A stretch of DNA of 64,000 bases from a bacterium. Its GTDB lineage: Bacteria > Arandabacterota > Arandabacteria > Arandabacterales > Arandabacteraceae. The stretch covers positions 392,702-456,701 of the forward strand of contig JAOZOU010000001.1 in the NCBI GenBank assembly GCA_029933125.1, in the 5' to 3' direction. The notes beneath the pieces were generated by a model that ran no database searches, was not told where the DNA came from, and saw only the letters and a list, made by a program, of their open reading frames with translations. Within the stretch, counting starts at the first letter, position 1. Every line of letters begins with the position of its first letter. This document shows, in pieces, positions 47,802-57,980 of this stretch. A program made the position numbers and the translations under genes.

Positions 47802-49727
47802 TTGTCCTCAGAGACAACAGTTGCTCGTGACCCATTTGAGGACCTCCTGCTCAAGGAAGGGCTGGTAACCGAGGAGCAGCTCAAGCGCGCCCACCGCATT
47901 ATTGCACGAATGCAGCATCCCCGACCAGTCGGGGAAGTGCTCGTGCAAATGGGTCAACTAGCGCGCTCAGAGCATGAGCGTATCCTCCGCCTTTACCGTT
48001 CCCAACTCAGTATTGTCAAAATCCTCGAGGAAGAAGGTGCACTCGATGCGAAAAAGGTGGCTCGCTATGAAAAGCTCAAGGCTGACAATCCTCATTACAG
48101 CGAGCGTGAACTCCTGGTCGGGAGCGATCTCGTAACTGAGGAACAATTCCTTAAGGCTCTTTCAGTCAAGCATGATATCCCTTACGTCGAACCCGACGTT
48201 AGCCTAGTTGATACGAAGCTTCTCGACAAGGTATCCATCACTTACCTCATTCGCAACCAAGCCCTTCCCTTCAGAGTTAGCGACGGACATCTCAACGTCA
48301 TAATGGCAGATCCTCTCAATGCAGAGCTTATTCAGGAGCTTGAGCGAACATATCACATGCCCGTAAGGGCATGTACTGCGCCATCAAACAAGATTGTCGA
48401 TGCCATCAAGACGCTTGAAAGATTGCGCGACTCTGGCGAAGACGTAACAACAACCCTTGAATACCATGAGATCCATGAAACACCTGCCAGTGACGACTCC
48501 AGCGAAGGGGCAATAAGAATAGTCGATCACCTCCTCTACGAAGCTATCAAGTTGGGAGCAAGTGATCTCCACATAGAACCCATGAGGAGCAAGATAAGGG
48601 TAAGGGTAAGGGTTGATGGCGTGCTCCGCCATCTCACCGATCTCCCCGTCGATTTCACGCCCAGGGTTATTTCACGTGTGAAGATTCTCGCTTCCATGGA
48701 CATAGCGGAGCGCCGCCTTCATCAGGACGGGCGCTTTTTCGTTCGTACCGATGGTAGAGACATTGACATAAGGGTTTCATCCTATGCTTCCATATCAGGT
48801 GAGACCCTTGTGCTACGCCTTCTTGATCGCCGGCGTGGGCTTATTCCGATTGACTCACTTGGTTTTGAACCCAGGGTTCTTACGACCTTGCGTGAGATTG
48901 TCCTAAGGGCTTCATCTGGACTTATCCTAGTTACAGGTCCCACCGGTAGCGGCAAGACGACAACCATGTATTCGTTTGTTGATTATATAAACGACGAAAC
49001 CATCAAGGTCATCACATGTGAGAATCCAGTGGAGTATGTTCTCGAGGGCACAACCCAGTGCTCGGTCAACGAAAAGACAGGACCAACATTTGCAGACTCT
49101 CTCAAGGCAATCGTAAGACAGGATCCGGATGTGATTGTTGTAGGTGAGATTCGCGATCAAACAACAGCATCTATGGCCGCCGAGGCAGCCCTGACAGGTC
49201 ATATGGTCCTCGCAACATTTCATACTGAGGATTCTGTCTCTGCCGTTATTCGCTTGCTTGACATGGGGCTTGAACCTTTTCTCGTATCTTCGACCCTACG
49301 CTGCGTAGTTGCCCAAAGACTTGTACGCAAGATCTGCCGCAACTGCATACAACCAGGCAGGTACACAAGAAGAGATTTACGCTACTTGGGACTTACAAGT
49401 GAGGATCTGAGTGGTATTCCCATAATGGAAGGAGCAGGCTGTGCAAAGTGCGGAGGATCAGGCTATAAGGGGCGCACAGGGATTCATGAAGTCCTTCTGC
49501 TCGATGATGACTTCCGTGATGCTATTCTACGCAAAGCCCCCTCAAAGGAACTGAGGATTGCAGCTCGCAAAATAAAGGGCTTCCTTACACTTCAGGAAGA
49601 CGGCATGCTCAAGGTTGTTTCGGGCATAACAACACTTTCTGAGATAGCTGACAACGCACCGCGCGATCCAGACGCACGTCCCGTTGCGATGATCCGCGAG
49701 GTCGCCGCTATGAGGAGGCTTAAGTGA
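47802..49727 (+). CDS. PilB/GspE-family secretion ATPase
   Basis: ASDLHIEP, R.RVDG, DIAERR..QDG, GPTGSGKTT, RQDPD..VGEIRD, TGH...T.H, CxxC..CxxC. Start moved to TTG 47802 behind GGAGGAG. Confidence 0.93.
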   Translation: MSSETTVARDPFEDLLLKEGLVTEEQLKRAHRIIARMQHPRPVGEVLVQMGQLARSEHERILRLYRSQLSIVKILEEEGALDAKKVARYEKLKADNPHYSERELLVGSDLVTEEQFLKALSVKHDIPYVEPDVSLVDTKLLDKVSITYLIRNQALPFRVSDGHLNVIMADPLNAELIQELERTYHMPVRACTAPSNKIVDAIKTLERLRDSGEDVTTTLEYHEIHETPASDDSSEGAIRIVDHLLYEAIKLGASDLHIEPMRSKIRVRVRVDGVLRHLTDLPVDFTPRVISRVKILASMDIAERRLHQDGRFFVRTDGRDIDIRVSSYASISGETLVLRLLDRRRGLIPIDSLGFEPRVLTTLREIVLRASSGLILVTGPTGSGKTTTMYSFVDYINDETIKVITCENPVEYVLEGTTQCSVNEKTGPTFADSLKAIVRQDPDVIVVGEIRDQTTASMAAEAALTGHMVLATFHTEDSVSAVIRLLDMGLEPFLVSSTLRCVVAQRLVRKICRNCIQPGRYTRRDLRYLGLTSEDLSGIPIMEGAGCAKCGGSGYKGRTGIHEVLLLDDDFRDAILRKAPSKELRIAARKIKGFLTLQEDGMLKVVSGITTLSEIADNAPRDPDARPVAMIREVAAMRRLK

Positions 49728-50584
49728 TGGACACTGAGACAATTGCTGTTGAGCCCCTTACTGATCAGATAAGGAAGGCGGTTGAGGCTGGAAAACTCTC
49801 TCTTCCGCCACTACCAAGAATCGTTAACCAGCTCGAGGAACTTCTTGCTGATAGTGAGCGAGCAAGTTCGAAGGAAGTCGCAAACCTCATACGCAATGAG
49901 CCTGCAATAGCAGCAAGTCTGCTGCGAATGGCCAATTCAGCTGCATTCGGTGGGCTTCATCCCATCTCCAATCTCACCCACGCTATAGCCCGACTGGGCT
50001 TCAAGCAGGTTTCATCTGTTGTGACAGCTCTGGCACATAGCAGCCACTTCCATTCTGATGATCCCGCAATGAAGCGCTGGCTCGAAACCCTCTGGGGCCA
50101 TGCAGTTGCAACTGCACTCGGAGCAAGAGCGGTTGCAAACCTTACGGCTGGTGATCCCGAAGAAGCCTTTATGGCTGGACTTTTGCACGATACAGGAAAA
50201 CTCCTCGTTCTTAAGGCAGTTGACTATATCGAAAACAAACGCAAGCTGGCGGTGGTCACGCCCACGGTGCTGGATGAGCTCATGGATATACTCCATACCG
50301 AACTTGGTCACCGCACACTTGTGGCCTGGCATCTACCTCAGGAGATTTGTGAGGTCGCTCTGCGGCATCACGATAAGAACCTTGATCTCGGTGACTCACT
50401 CATAATCCGCGTGCAGGTCGCTGATGCGATAGCTCGCAAGATAGGGGAACATCCTGAGCCGAGGCCAGACCTTGATCTCCTTGAGGTTCCTGCTGTTGAG
50501 CAGTTAAGCCTTGACGATATTGAGCTCGCAAGCTTGACCGTTGATCTTGAGGACGAGATTGCTGAGGTCAAACAGCTCCTCTAG
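49724..50584 (+). CDS. HDOD domain protein
   Basis: LPPLP, LLRMANSA, AIARLG, AGLLHDTGK, WHLP, HH; overlaps the ATPase stop (GTGA). Confidence 0.9.
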   Translation: MMDTETIAVEPLTDQIRKAVEAGKLSLPPLPRIVNQLEELLADSERASSKEVANLIRNEPAIAASLLRMANSAAFGGLHPISNLTHAIARLGFKQVSSVVTALAHSSHFHSDDPAMKRWLETLWGHAVATALGARAVANLTAGDPEEAFMAGLLHDTGKLLVLKAVDYIENKRKLAVVTPTVLDELMDILHTELGHRTLVAWHLPQEICEVALRHHDKNLDLGDSLIIRVQVADAIARKIGEHPEPRPDLDLLEVPAVEQLSLDDIELASLTVDLEDEIAEVKQLL

Positions 50585-50630
50585 GAGATCTCGTCAAAGC
50601 CGATATGATATTGCCTGAGAAAAATCTCCA

Positions 50631-51638
50631 TCATGAGACAACTATGTTGAGCTTCTCGCCGCACTCACTGCAAGATGTATCTTTGAGGCCAACTTTGCGG
50701 GATGTAAATCCATAGCGCTCTATGACGAGGTTCCCACACTTCGGACACCATGTATGCTCATATCTGCCACCCGGCAGATTTCCAGCATAGACATACTTAA
50801 GCCCCCTGGCTTTTCCGATTTCAAGCGCTTTGAAGATACTTTCGGGCTGCGTCCAGGGCTTGCTTCTCTGTTTATAGTGAGGATAGAAACGCGAAACATG
50901 CCACGGAATCTCCGGTGAAACCGATACTATGAAGTCCGCGATCTCAGTTATTTCATCAGGTGAGTCATTCTCCCCCGGAATCAAGAGGGTTGTCACCTCA
51001 AGGAAGATGCCAGCTTCGTGCATTGCCTTGATCGCCTCAAGCACAGGGCGTAGGCGTGCGCCACATCTCTCTCGATAGAATCGATCACTGAAGGCTTTGA
51101 GATCAACATTGGCTGCATCGATAACTCCTGCCATCTTATCAATTGCATCTCGTGACTCATAGCCATTGGTTACAAAGATGTTCTTGAGACCAAGATCGTG
51201 CGCAATCCTTCCGGTATCGATTGCAAATTCGAAAAATACCGTCGGCTCAGTATAGGTATACGCTATGCTCTGGCAACCCCTCTGGCGGGCGTCACCAGCG
51301 ATCTCCTCAGGTTGAAACTCTTCACCATAAATCCTGCCGCCGTCATGGGAAACCTGGGATATCTCCCAGTTCTGGCAGAAATCACAGAAGAAATTGCACC
51401 CAACAGTTGCAATTGAATACGTCATCGTGCCTGGCAAGAAATGATAGAGAGGCTTTTTCTCAACGGGATCTATCGCTCGCGTGATGAGCTTACCGTAGAC
51501 GAGCGAATAGAGCGTGCCGTTGGAGTTAAGTCTGACTCCACAGATTCCCCGCTTGCCATCGGCTATCACACAGCGATGGGCACAGAGAAAACAAAGCACA
51601 TCGCCATTTTTCTTCTTCCAGAGCATTGCTTCCTTCAT
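50631..51638 (-). CDS. amrS: AmmeMemoRadiSam-system radical SAM enzyme
   Basis: CFLCAHRC..GICGVR, DPVEKKPLYHF, GCNFFCDFCQNWEIS, YTYTEP; ATG 51638 behind GGAGG. Confidence 0.92.
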   Translation of the reverse strand: MKEAMLWKKKNGDVLCFLCAHRCVIADGKRGICGVRLNSNGTLYSLVYGKLITRAIDPVEKKPLYHFLPGTMTYSIATVGCNFFCDFCQNWEISQVSHDGGRIYGEEFQPEEIAGDARQRGCQSIAYTYTEPTVFFEFAIDTGRIAHDLGLKNIFVTNGYESRDAIDKMAGVIDAANVDLKAFSDRFYRERCGARLRPVLEAIKAMHEAGIFLEVTTLLIPGENDSPDEITEIADFIVSVSPEIPWHVSRFYPHYKQRSKPWTQPESIFKALEIGKARGLKYVYAGNLPGGRYEHTWCPKCGNLVIERYGFTSRKVGLKDTSCSECGEKLNIVVS

Positions 51639-51715
51639 GCTTGCCTCCACGCAACATGGTAGCCATTTCACCATCTAATGTAAAGGAGGAGGAAAGGATG
51701 GGAAAAACCAAAGCA

Positions 51716-51743
51716 TTGACACTTCCTCTTTCCCGGGTAATAT
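51716..51743 (+). promoter_or_regulatory. Putative sigma-70 promoter
   Basis: TTGACA-N16-TAATAT upstream of ATG 51765. Confidence 0.55.
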
Positions 51744-51764
51744 AGCAAGTGAAAGGAGGATGGA

Positions 51765-52217
51765 ATGTCAAACTCAAGTGTTGATGAGATTCTCAAGTTT
51801 GCAATCGATAAGGAAAGGGATGCCATAAGTTTCTATGAGCTGTTGGTGCAAAAGGTTGATGATCCTCTTGTGAGGGATGAGATTCTCAAGATGGCTGATG
51901 AGGAACGCAAACATGAGAAGCTCCTCAAGAACATCTCCCCGAAGCAAATATCTATGGCACATCAACCTTTTGAGAGTGATATGAAGATTGGTGACTATGT
52001 GGACGATGTCTCCGTTAGAAAAGATATGACCTATCGCGAACTTCTCATGATAGCCATGAAACGCGAGAAGATGGCTTACGACTTTTACACAGAACTTGAA
52101 CTGAGAGCCTCAGACGATGCTACACGTAAGGTCTTCACACTTCTCAAGGGGGAGGAACTGAGACACAAAACCAAACTCGAGAAGGAATATGAAAAAGGCA
52201 TAATGCGAGAGGATTGA
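51765..52217 (+). CDS. Ferritin-like / rubrerythrin-family protein
   Basis: Two AxxxE..FY..ExxH units (EERKH, EELRH). Confidence 0.9.
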   Translation: MSNSSVDEILKFAIDKERDAISFYELLVQKVDDPLVRDEILKMADEERKHEKLLKNISPKQISMAHQPFESDMKIGDYVDDVSVRKDMTYRELLMIAMKREKMAYDFYTELELRASDDATRKVFTLLKGEELRHKTKLEKEYEKGIMRED

Positions 52218-52223
52218 ATCAAG

Positions 52224-52877
52224 TTGCTGACCGGCAAGTCCATCCCTTTCTTCCGAAGATCTTTTACACTGCTTCTCCTTCTGCCCCTTTTTGGGCAAGT
52301 TGCCAATGCATCCCCACCCCCTCCATCACGCTTTTTCTCTGTTGATGCGGGATATGTCACAACAAGTAGCTCAAACTACGGTAACGGCTTAGTTTATGGA
52401 ATAAGCATCATAGAGGGTGAAGGGAGAATTGGCTTTGCAATTGTGACGTCAGCCTTCTCAAACTCGATCTTCTATGATGCAGAAGTTATGTCGGGTGAGG
52501 CACAAAAGATTTACCGTTATGAGGAGAAGTTCTCCGACTTTTACATTACCATTCTAGCAACTTTTCGACCCAGTATCTTCGATAGCAGCAGCCGGATCCT
52601 TGGCGGAATTGGTCCTCAGGTCCATTTCCTGAGAGCAACCAAGTACTATATCACTGATGGCTATTCTGTATCAGCTCGGGATTTCCGCCTTGGCATGGGC
52701 ATCTGGTTAAGATTCCATAGGCAGATCCACATCTTCGGGAATACCGCTATCGTGATAACTGCCACCCATTCGTGGGCTCAAGGCGCAGGTGAAAATATTG
52801 AACCATTTGAATACACGGTTCCGGATGAGGGATTGGCTTTCCCAGCAGTAACTGCTGGGCTTGCTTTCCCTTTCTAG
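52224..52877 (+). CDS. Hypothetical exported protein, possible small outer-membrane beta-barrel
   Basis: Signal peptide, alternating beta-strands, terminal Phe (AGLAFPF). Confidence 0.55.
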   Translation: MLTGKSIPFFRRSFTLLLLLPLFGQVANASPPPPSRFFSVDAGYVTTSSSNYGNGLVYGISIIEGEGRIGFAIVTSAFSNSIFYDAEVMSGEAQKIYRYEEKFSDFYITILATFRPSIFDSSSRILGGIGPQVHFLRATKYYITDGYSVSARDFRLGMGIWLRFHRQIHIFGNTAIVITATHSWAQGAGENIEPFEYTVPDEGLAFPAVTAGLAFPF

Positions 52878-52886
52878 TCGAGCACC

Positions 52887-53585
52887 ATGTCTCTTCTTGA
52901 AGACCTTATTGCAAGTGTGCACTCGAGCAACGATCGCGTGAAACGTATCGTCTACGGGCCCCGCTGGATACTCGTTGAGGGTACAAGGTGCGGACTTGCT
53001 CGCAACTTCGGAAACCCCGAGACCCCACGTATCGATCAAACCCTCGCTGGAAAGCCTATGGCAGATCTCCTCAAGATGGCGTTGTCCGACGAATCATGTG
53101 AAGCGGCAGTGGGGCTGGCTAGTCTAAACAGTCTTCTCATAGCGAAGGCGGAGTTTGAAAGTTTTCGTATTAGCTATCTGCCGAGAGCAAGCGGAAAGCG
53201 CGTAATGATAGTAGGTCAGGTAAGTTTTATGGACAACCTTCGCGAAACAGCAGCTGAGGTGCGAAGTGTATCTCCAGAGGAGATTCGAAACTCGCAAGAT
53301 CTTGAAGCTGCCAGACGAGACATGGTCCTCATCTCAGCCAATCATGTGCCCCTAGACGAAATTGAGAATCTACTCGAGCTTACAGGCAGTGCCTATACAA
53401 TCATATTTGGTGCTCCGACACCGCTTTCACCACTTGTTTTCAACTACGGCTGTGATCAGCTTGTAGGTGCAATGGTAACCAATCCAGAGCAAGCCATAAA
53501 CCAGGTGCTCAAGGCTGACGAGGATTTCGAGCTTTCAGCAGCTTTCAGACCTGTTGTAATGGCAAGACATCAGCAATCGAGGTAA
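52887..53585 (+). CDS. DUF4213/DUF364-like Rossmann-fold protein
   Basis: G..W..V...CGLA, EAAVGLA.LN, G.PTPLSP..F.YG...L.G. Confidence 0.7.
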   Translation: MSLLEDLIASVHSSNDRVKRIVYGPRWILVEGTRCGLARNFGNPETPRIDQTLAGKPMADLLKMALSDESCEAAVGLASLNSLLIAKAEFESFRISYLPRASGKRVMIVGQVSFMDNLRETAAEVRSVSPEEIRNSQDLEAARRDMVLISANHVPLDEIENLLELTGSAYTIIFGAPTPLSPLVFNYGCDQLVGAMVTNPEQAINQVLKADEDFELSAAFRPVVMARHQQSR

Positions 53586-55012
53586 AGCTGGATCTCGATA
53601 GGATGGGGATGGCGCGAGATTTCACGCACCTCTTTGGTTTTTATATCTATCCAGGTCTCAATGAGATCACGTGTAAAGACATCTCTTCTGAGCAAGAATT
53701 CATGATCTTCACGCAAGGCCTCAAGTGCCTCTTGGAGACTGAAGGGAACAGGCTGAATACCTCTCGACTCCATATCGTTGAGCCCGAAAACGTTGAGATC
53801 ATAAGGTCCAAAACCCTCTTCCTCTGGATCGATACCCTGGATTATGCCGTCAATTCCTGCCAGAAGCATTGCAGCCATGCTAAGGTAGGGATTGCCGCTA
53901 GCGTCAGATGGGCGGAATTCAACTCTTGCCTCCCGCGCAAGTGCCAGACCCTTCGGGATTCTCACCGCTGCGCTCCTATTGCCAACACCGTAAACAAAAC
54001 AGGTTGGAGCCTCAAATCCTGGAACAAGCCTGCGATATGAGTTGGTGCTGGCACATGTGAAGGCGAGTAGAGATCTACCATGCCTAAGTAAGCCGCCAAT
54101 ATAGTTGAGAGCGATCTTGCTCAGATTGCCATATCCACCCTTCCTGAAGAAAATGTTCCTGCCTCGCTTGATGAGATGCTGATGAAAGTGCATCCCATTG
54201 CCTGGCTGACCATGGAGGGGTTTGGGAATGAAGGTTGCTACAACGCCTTCCCGAGCTGCCGCTATCTTTATAAGGTACTTGGCAATAAGGATGTGGTCAC
54301 CCGTAAGCCTGGGAGTATTGGGCCGAATTTCAATTTCGCACTGACCGGCTGAACCCACCTCGTGATGTGAGTACTTTACCGGGATACCTGCTTGCTCCAT
54401 AGCAGAGACCATTGAGCACCGTAATGCCCAGAACTTGTCACCGGGAGGCATAGCATGATAACCCGCCTTATCAATCAGCCATGGGAAGTGCCTGCTGTAG
54501 GACGACGGCACAAGACCCGCTTCACCTGATGTGATTGCATAGCCTGTGGCGTGTGGTAAACCCAACACCTCAACGTCATCAAGAAGGTTGAACTCAAGCT
54601 CCGGCATGAAGAAAGCCTTATCAGCAATTCCTGTTGTCACCAGGAAGCGTTCAGCTTTTTCAACAACAAGTCTTGGGTCTCTTGAGAAAGGCTTGCCAGT
54701 ATCCACCTCGACACAATTACAAATGAAACTTGCCGACCGCGTTGAATCGCCCTCCTCAATGAAATAGGTTTCGGGATCTGGTATCAGTCTGAGATCACCA
54801 CTTTCAAGGCGGGTAAAGCCAGCTACACTTGAGCCGTCGAATGCCACACCTCTGTCAAAAGTGTGAGGGCCAAAATTCGAGATGGGTACTGTAACCTGAT
54901 GCCATCTACCAATAAGATCAGCAAATCTCAGATTTACATATCCAGCATGCGACCGCTTGATAGCATCTATCGCGCGCTTGATAGCATTGGCCCTCCGTGC
55001 CATCCTTTCCAC
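53570..55012 (-). CDS. glnA: Glutamine synthetase type I
   Basis: FDGSSV.GF, PELEF, HHEVG..GQ.EI, TF.PKP..GNGMH.H, NSYRRLVPGFEAP, NRSAAVRIP, EFR..D..NPYL. Confidence 0.95.
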   Translation of the reverse strand: MERMARRANAIKRAIDAIKRSHAGYVNLRFADLIGRWHQVTVPISNFGPHTFDRGVAFDGSSVAGFTRLESGDLRLIPDPETYFIEEGDSTRSASFICNCVEVDTGKPFSRDPRLVVEKAERFLVTTGIADKAFFMPELEFNLLDDVEVLGLPHATGYAITSGEAGLVPSSYSRHFPWLIDKAGYHAMPPGDKFWALRCSMVSAMEQAGIPVKYSHHEVGSAGQCEIEIRPNTPRLTGDHILIAKYLIKIAAAREGVVATFIPKPLHGQPGNGMHFHQHLIKRGRNIFFRKGGYGNLSKIALNYIGGLLRHGRSLLAFTCASTNSYRRLVPGFEAPTCFVYGVGNRSAAVRIPKGLALAREARVEFRPSDASGNPYLSMAAMLLAGIDGIIQGIDPEEEGFGPYDLNVFGLNDMESRGIQPVPFSLQEALEALREDHEFLLRRDVFTRDLIETWIDIKTKEVREISRHPHPIEIQLYLDC

Positions 55013-55013
55013 C

Positions 55014-56216
55014 TCACTTGGATGGTTGGAATCCCAGAATTGATCTTATGATGGCGTTAAGGTCAGTATTATCGTGTATGCCACCAAACATCTTATTTCC
55101 AGGGCCACTTGCAAAAACCGGGACCATGTTGCCAGTGTGGTATCCAGATGTCCACTGCACTATGGGACACTGCTCACCTACAAGACTCTCGAGGTCATCA
55201 TAGGATGGATACCCATATTCGTCACCGGTGATTCCAGGTCCACCACAGTCATGGTCAGCTGTCACAACTATGGTAAAGAGAGAATCCTCCTCCTGGAAAT
55301 GCATAGCCCTTCCGATTGCGTCATCAAATGCCAGAAACTCTCCAATTGCATCACTTATGGAATTATCATGCTCAGCATGGTCGATCCTTCCACCCTCGAC
55401 AACGAGGAGAAACCCATCAGGGTCCTGAGACAGAACATCGAGTGCAACTTGTGTCATCTCACCAAGTGAAGGCACCTCTGTTTCAAGTCTTGATCGCTCG
55501 AAGGGAAGATTCTCGCGACTGAATAGTCCGAGGATTCTCTCTCCGTCAAAATCGAGAAGCCCCTTACGATCAAGCACGACTTCGAAACCATTCTTCCTTG
55601 CGACTTCGAGAAGATCCCTTCCATCATCCCGCATACCACTGTCTGGAGGTAGAAAGTACCAGTAGCCGCCACCGAGAACAACACTCGCAGGTCCGCCAAT
55701 GATCTGTTCAGCAATTTCAGGGTGCATTTCACGTGCGGGTACATGGGCTAAGAACGATGCAGGAGTTGCATCCGTTACAGATGTGGTGGTAACAACCCCC
55801 ACTGACATCCCCCCCCTGGCAGCCACCTCGAAAAGATTCTCAAGAACAGTACTATCCCGGCTCATGCCAACCATACCGTTAGCAGTCTTGTGACCAGTTG
55901 CAAGAGCAGTACCTGAAGCAGCCGAATCTGTGACAGGACCTGTAGCAGAATGCGTGGTTACATAGCCAGAAGTGCCAGAGTTAGCAAGATCGATGAGGTT
56001 AAGCTCAGTACCAAGCGAGATCTCCGAGTAGATCTTTGCTATGCTTAGGATGCCCACACCCATTCCGTCCCCTATGAAGAGAACCAAACTGTGACTCTGC
56101 GGCAGTCTCGATTGTTCTGCTGGCTCGCTGTGCTCATATGTACGAAAGCGTGCTGGCGCACAAGCCAGACTGATGAGAAGCACCCCAACAAAAATCAATC
56201 CAAGACGTCGTATCAA
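55014..56216 (-). CDS. Alkaline phosphatase (probable lipoprotein)
   Basis: Lipobox SLAC, IGDGMG, TDSAA, VEGGRID...H, TADH, H. Confidence 0.92.
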   Translation of the reverse strand: MIRRLGLIFVGVLLISLACAPARFRTYEHSEPAEQSRLPQSHSLVLFIGDGMGVGILSIAKIYSEISLGTELNLIDLANSGTSGYVTTHSATGPVTDSAASGTALATGHKTANGMVGMSRDSTVLENLFEVAARGGMSVGVVTTTSVTDATPASFLAHVPAREMHPEIAEQIIGGPASVVLGGGYWYFLPPDSGMRDDGRDLLEVARKNGFEVVLDRKGLLDFDGERILGLFSRENLPFERSRLETEVPSLGEMTQVALDVLSQDPDGFLLVVEGGRIDHAEHDNSISDAIGEFLAFDDAIGRAMHFQEEDSLFTIVVTADHDCGGPGITGDEYGYPSYDDLESLVGEQCPIVQWTSGYHTGNMVPVFASGPGNKMFGGIHDNTDLNAIIRSILGFQPSK

Positions 56217-56270
56217 TCCTTACCCCCTTTAGACGAGGTTAGCTAATATCAGCACCAAGAGCAACAAATT

Positions 56271-56735
56271 CTAGGCAGCAATTATCTCATTTATGATAGC
56301 AGCGAGCTCGTGCGCTGCATTCTCCACGGCTTCACTCATCGCCTCACCCACTCTCGTTGTCTCGGGCTGTATGGCGAGAAAGAAAACTGTAGCTCCCGAC
56401 TGACACTCAATGTAGTCAGAAAAAATGGTAAGAATTGCATCGTGGGTCGATGCTCCACCACCAGTTATTTGCTCCTTACGAACAAGCCTGATTTCACCAG
56501 GTTTGCCCCCAAAGTAGGCAGCATCGATTATCACTACCTTCTCAGGTTTGAGATTTGCTATCTTGCCCAGGAAATTCTCAGGCGTCTCCCCACAATTTAT
56601 GACCTTCACCCTATCTGTTTCCTCAATAAGCCGAGCAAGCAGAGGTCCCACTGCATCATCTCCACGCATCTCATTACCGATGCAGGCAATTACAACCTTC
56701 CCTGAAAGAATGCTGGCGAGGGCTGTTCGATCCAT
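56271..56735 (-). CDS. hycI: Hydrogenase maturation endopeptidase (HycI-like)
   Basis: IGNEMRGDD, PEN, IDAA, STH, IQP. Confidence 0.9.
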   Translation of the reverse strand: MDRTALASILSGKVVIACIGNEMRGDDAVGPLLARLIEETDRVKVINCGETPENFLGKIANLKPEKVVIIDAAYFGGKPGEIRLVRKEQITGGGASTHDAILTIFSDYIECQSGATVFFLAIQPETTRVGEAMSEAVENAAHELAAIINEIIAA

Positions 56736-56753
56736 GTTGAGATGCGCCTTGCC

Positions 56754-57362
56754 CTATGCCCCCAGCTGAATCTTGCGGCGACACTTGGCGCAAAGCATCC
56801 TAACCACATCGTGCCTGCCAGGTTCAAGCTCCTTTTCTCGAGGAGGTAGTTGATCAAGAACCTTGGTATCTTGCAATGCGGTAAGTATCAGGGTGGGATT
56901 TGAGAAGGCAAGTGGACCAAGTCGCTTGGTGACCCAGCGAATATGATCTTTGGTCGAGATCACATCACCACAAACTTCACAAAGAACCAATTCCTTCTCG
57001 ACACTTGTTCTGGCCTGACTTCTATCAAAATAGATCATGTCGTATTCACGTGTCAGCTTAACTCCCTTACCAGTTATGCAATTTGCCTCACACTGCCCAC
57101 ACTGGATACATTTATCATAGTAGAGGGTAATAACGCGTTTGCGCTCGTCAAGATTGTCAACAACCTTGATATCATTCGCGGGGCAAACCATTGCACAGGC
57201 TCCACAGCCCACACATTCGTCATCATCGAACTTAGGCTTACCTCTAAATCGCTTCTGGGGTTCCAAAGGCTCTTTGGGAAAGGGATGAGTATACGGTCCT
57301 TTGAAAAGGGCAGTTAGTGCCTCCTTAAGTAGCGTTGCCTGAAGAATCCCTGGTAACTTCAT
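56754..57362 (-). CDS. 2x[4Fe-4S] NuoI/MbhN-like hydrogenase subunit
   Basis: FRGKP, CVGCGACAMVCP, CIQCGQCEANC, plus extra CEVC and CAKC. Confidence 0.92.
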   Translation of the reverse strand: MKLPGILQATLLKEALTALFKGPYTHPFPKEPLEPQKRFRGKPKFDDDECVGCGACAMVCPANDIKVVDNLDERKRVITLYYDKCIQCGQCEANCITGKGVKLTREYDMIYFDRSQARTSVEKELVLCEVCGDVISTKDHIRWVTKRLGPLAFSNPTLILTALQDTKVLDQLPPREKELEPGRHDVVRMLCAKCRRKIQLGA

Positions 57363-57724
57363 TTTGCCTCCCCACTATAAGATTTCTTGATTTCCTCCGC
57401 CCTCTGCTCAAACTTGTTGGTTACACTCTTGTCCCAAAGCTTCACACCTGAAAGATAGGATCCCCGAGCCAGCGCATGTGCTCCAGTTGGAGATGTGATC
57501 AAGATAAATAGCGCACACAGAATTGCCTTTATAGCAATAGCCGGAGTCGCTGTTGCCACAGCAGCACCAACAAGTATAAAGATTGTTCCAAGTGTTACAC
57601 ACTTGGTCGCCGCCTGGAGTCTATTATAAACATCTGGCAATCTGACCAATCCCATACAGCCAAAGAAATCGAAAACGGCACCAATGCATATCAAGATATA
57701 ACCTACAATTTCATGGCTACTCAT
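57359..57724 (-). CDS. MrpG/MbhC-like antiporter subunit
   Basis: GLVRLPDVYNRLQAATK..TLG, T.P..AHA. Confidence 0.93.
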   Translation of the reverse strand: MSSHEIVGYILICIGAVFDFFGCMGLVRLPDVYNRLQAATKCVTLGTIFILVGAAVATATPAIAIKAILCALFILITSPTGAHALARGSYLSGVKLWDKSVTNKFEQRAEEIKKSYSGEAK

Positions 57725-57980
57725 CGAATCTTCTCCCCTCGAGATGTTTTGAGAGGGCAAGGGTACCGATGAAACTGACCAGTGCCCAAGCAATTGCAAG
57801 ATTCATGTAGAAATCCTTATGCATTACGACAGCTGAAAGAGCAACGAAACCAACAACAACTGTTCCAAGAATGTCGATTGCGACACTCCTATCGGGTGCA
57901 GTCGGTCCGTGACCGATGCGATATAGACACATGAAACAGGCAGCAGCGAGTACACTGGCTATGAAATATATGAACGTCAT
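57717..57980 (-). CDS. MrpF/MbhB-like antiporter subunit
   Basis: GPTAPDR.VA.D, FIGTLA. Confidence 0.93.
   Translation of the reverse strand: MTFIYFIASVLAAACFMCLYRIGHGPTAPDRSVAIDILGTVVVGFVALSAVVMHKDFYMNLAIAWALVSFIGTLALSKHLEGRRFDE

Noticed and set aside
50631..51638. amrS without amrA/amrB neighbours
   Set aside because: These genes are often dispersed, so this is uninformative within one window.
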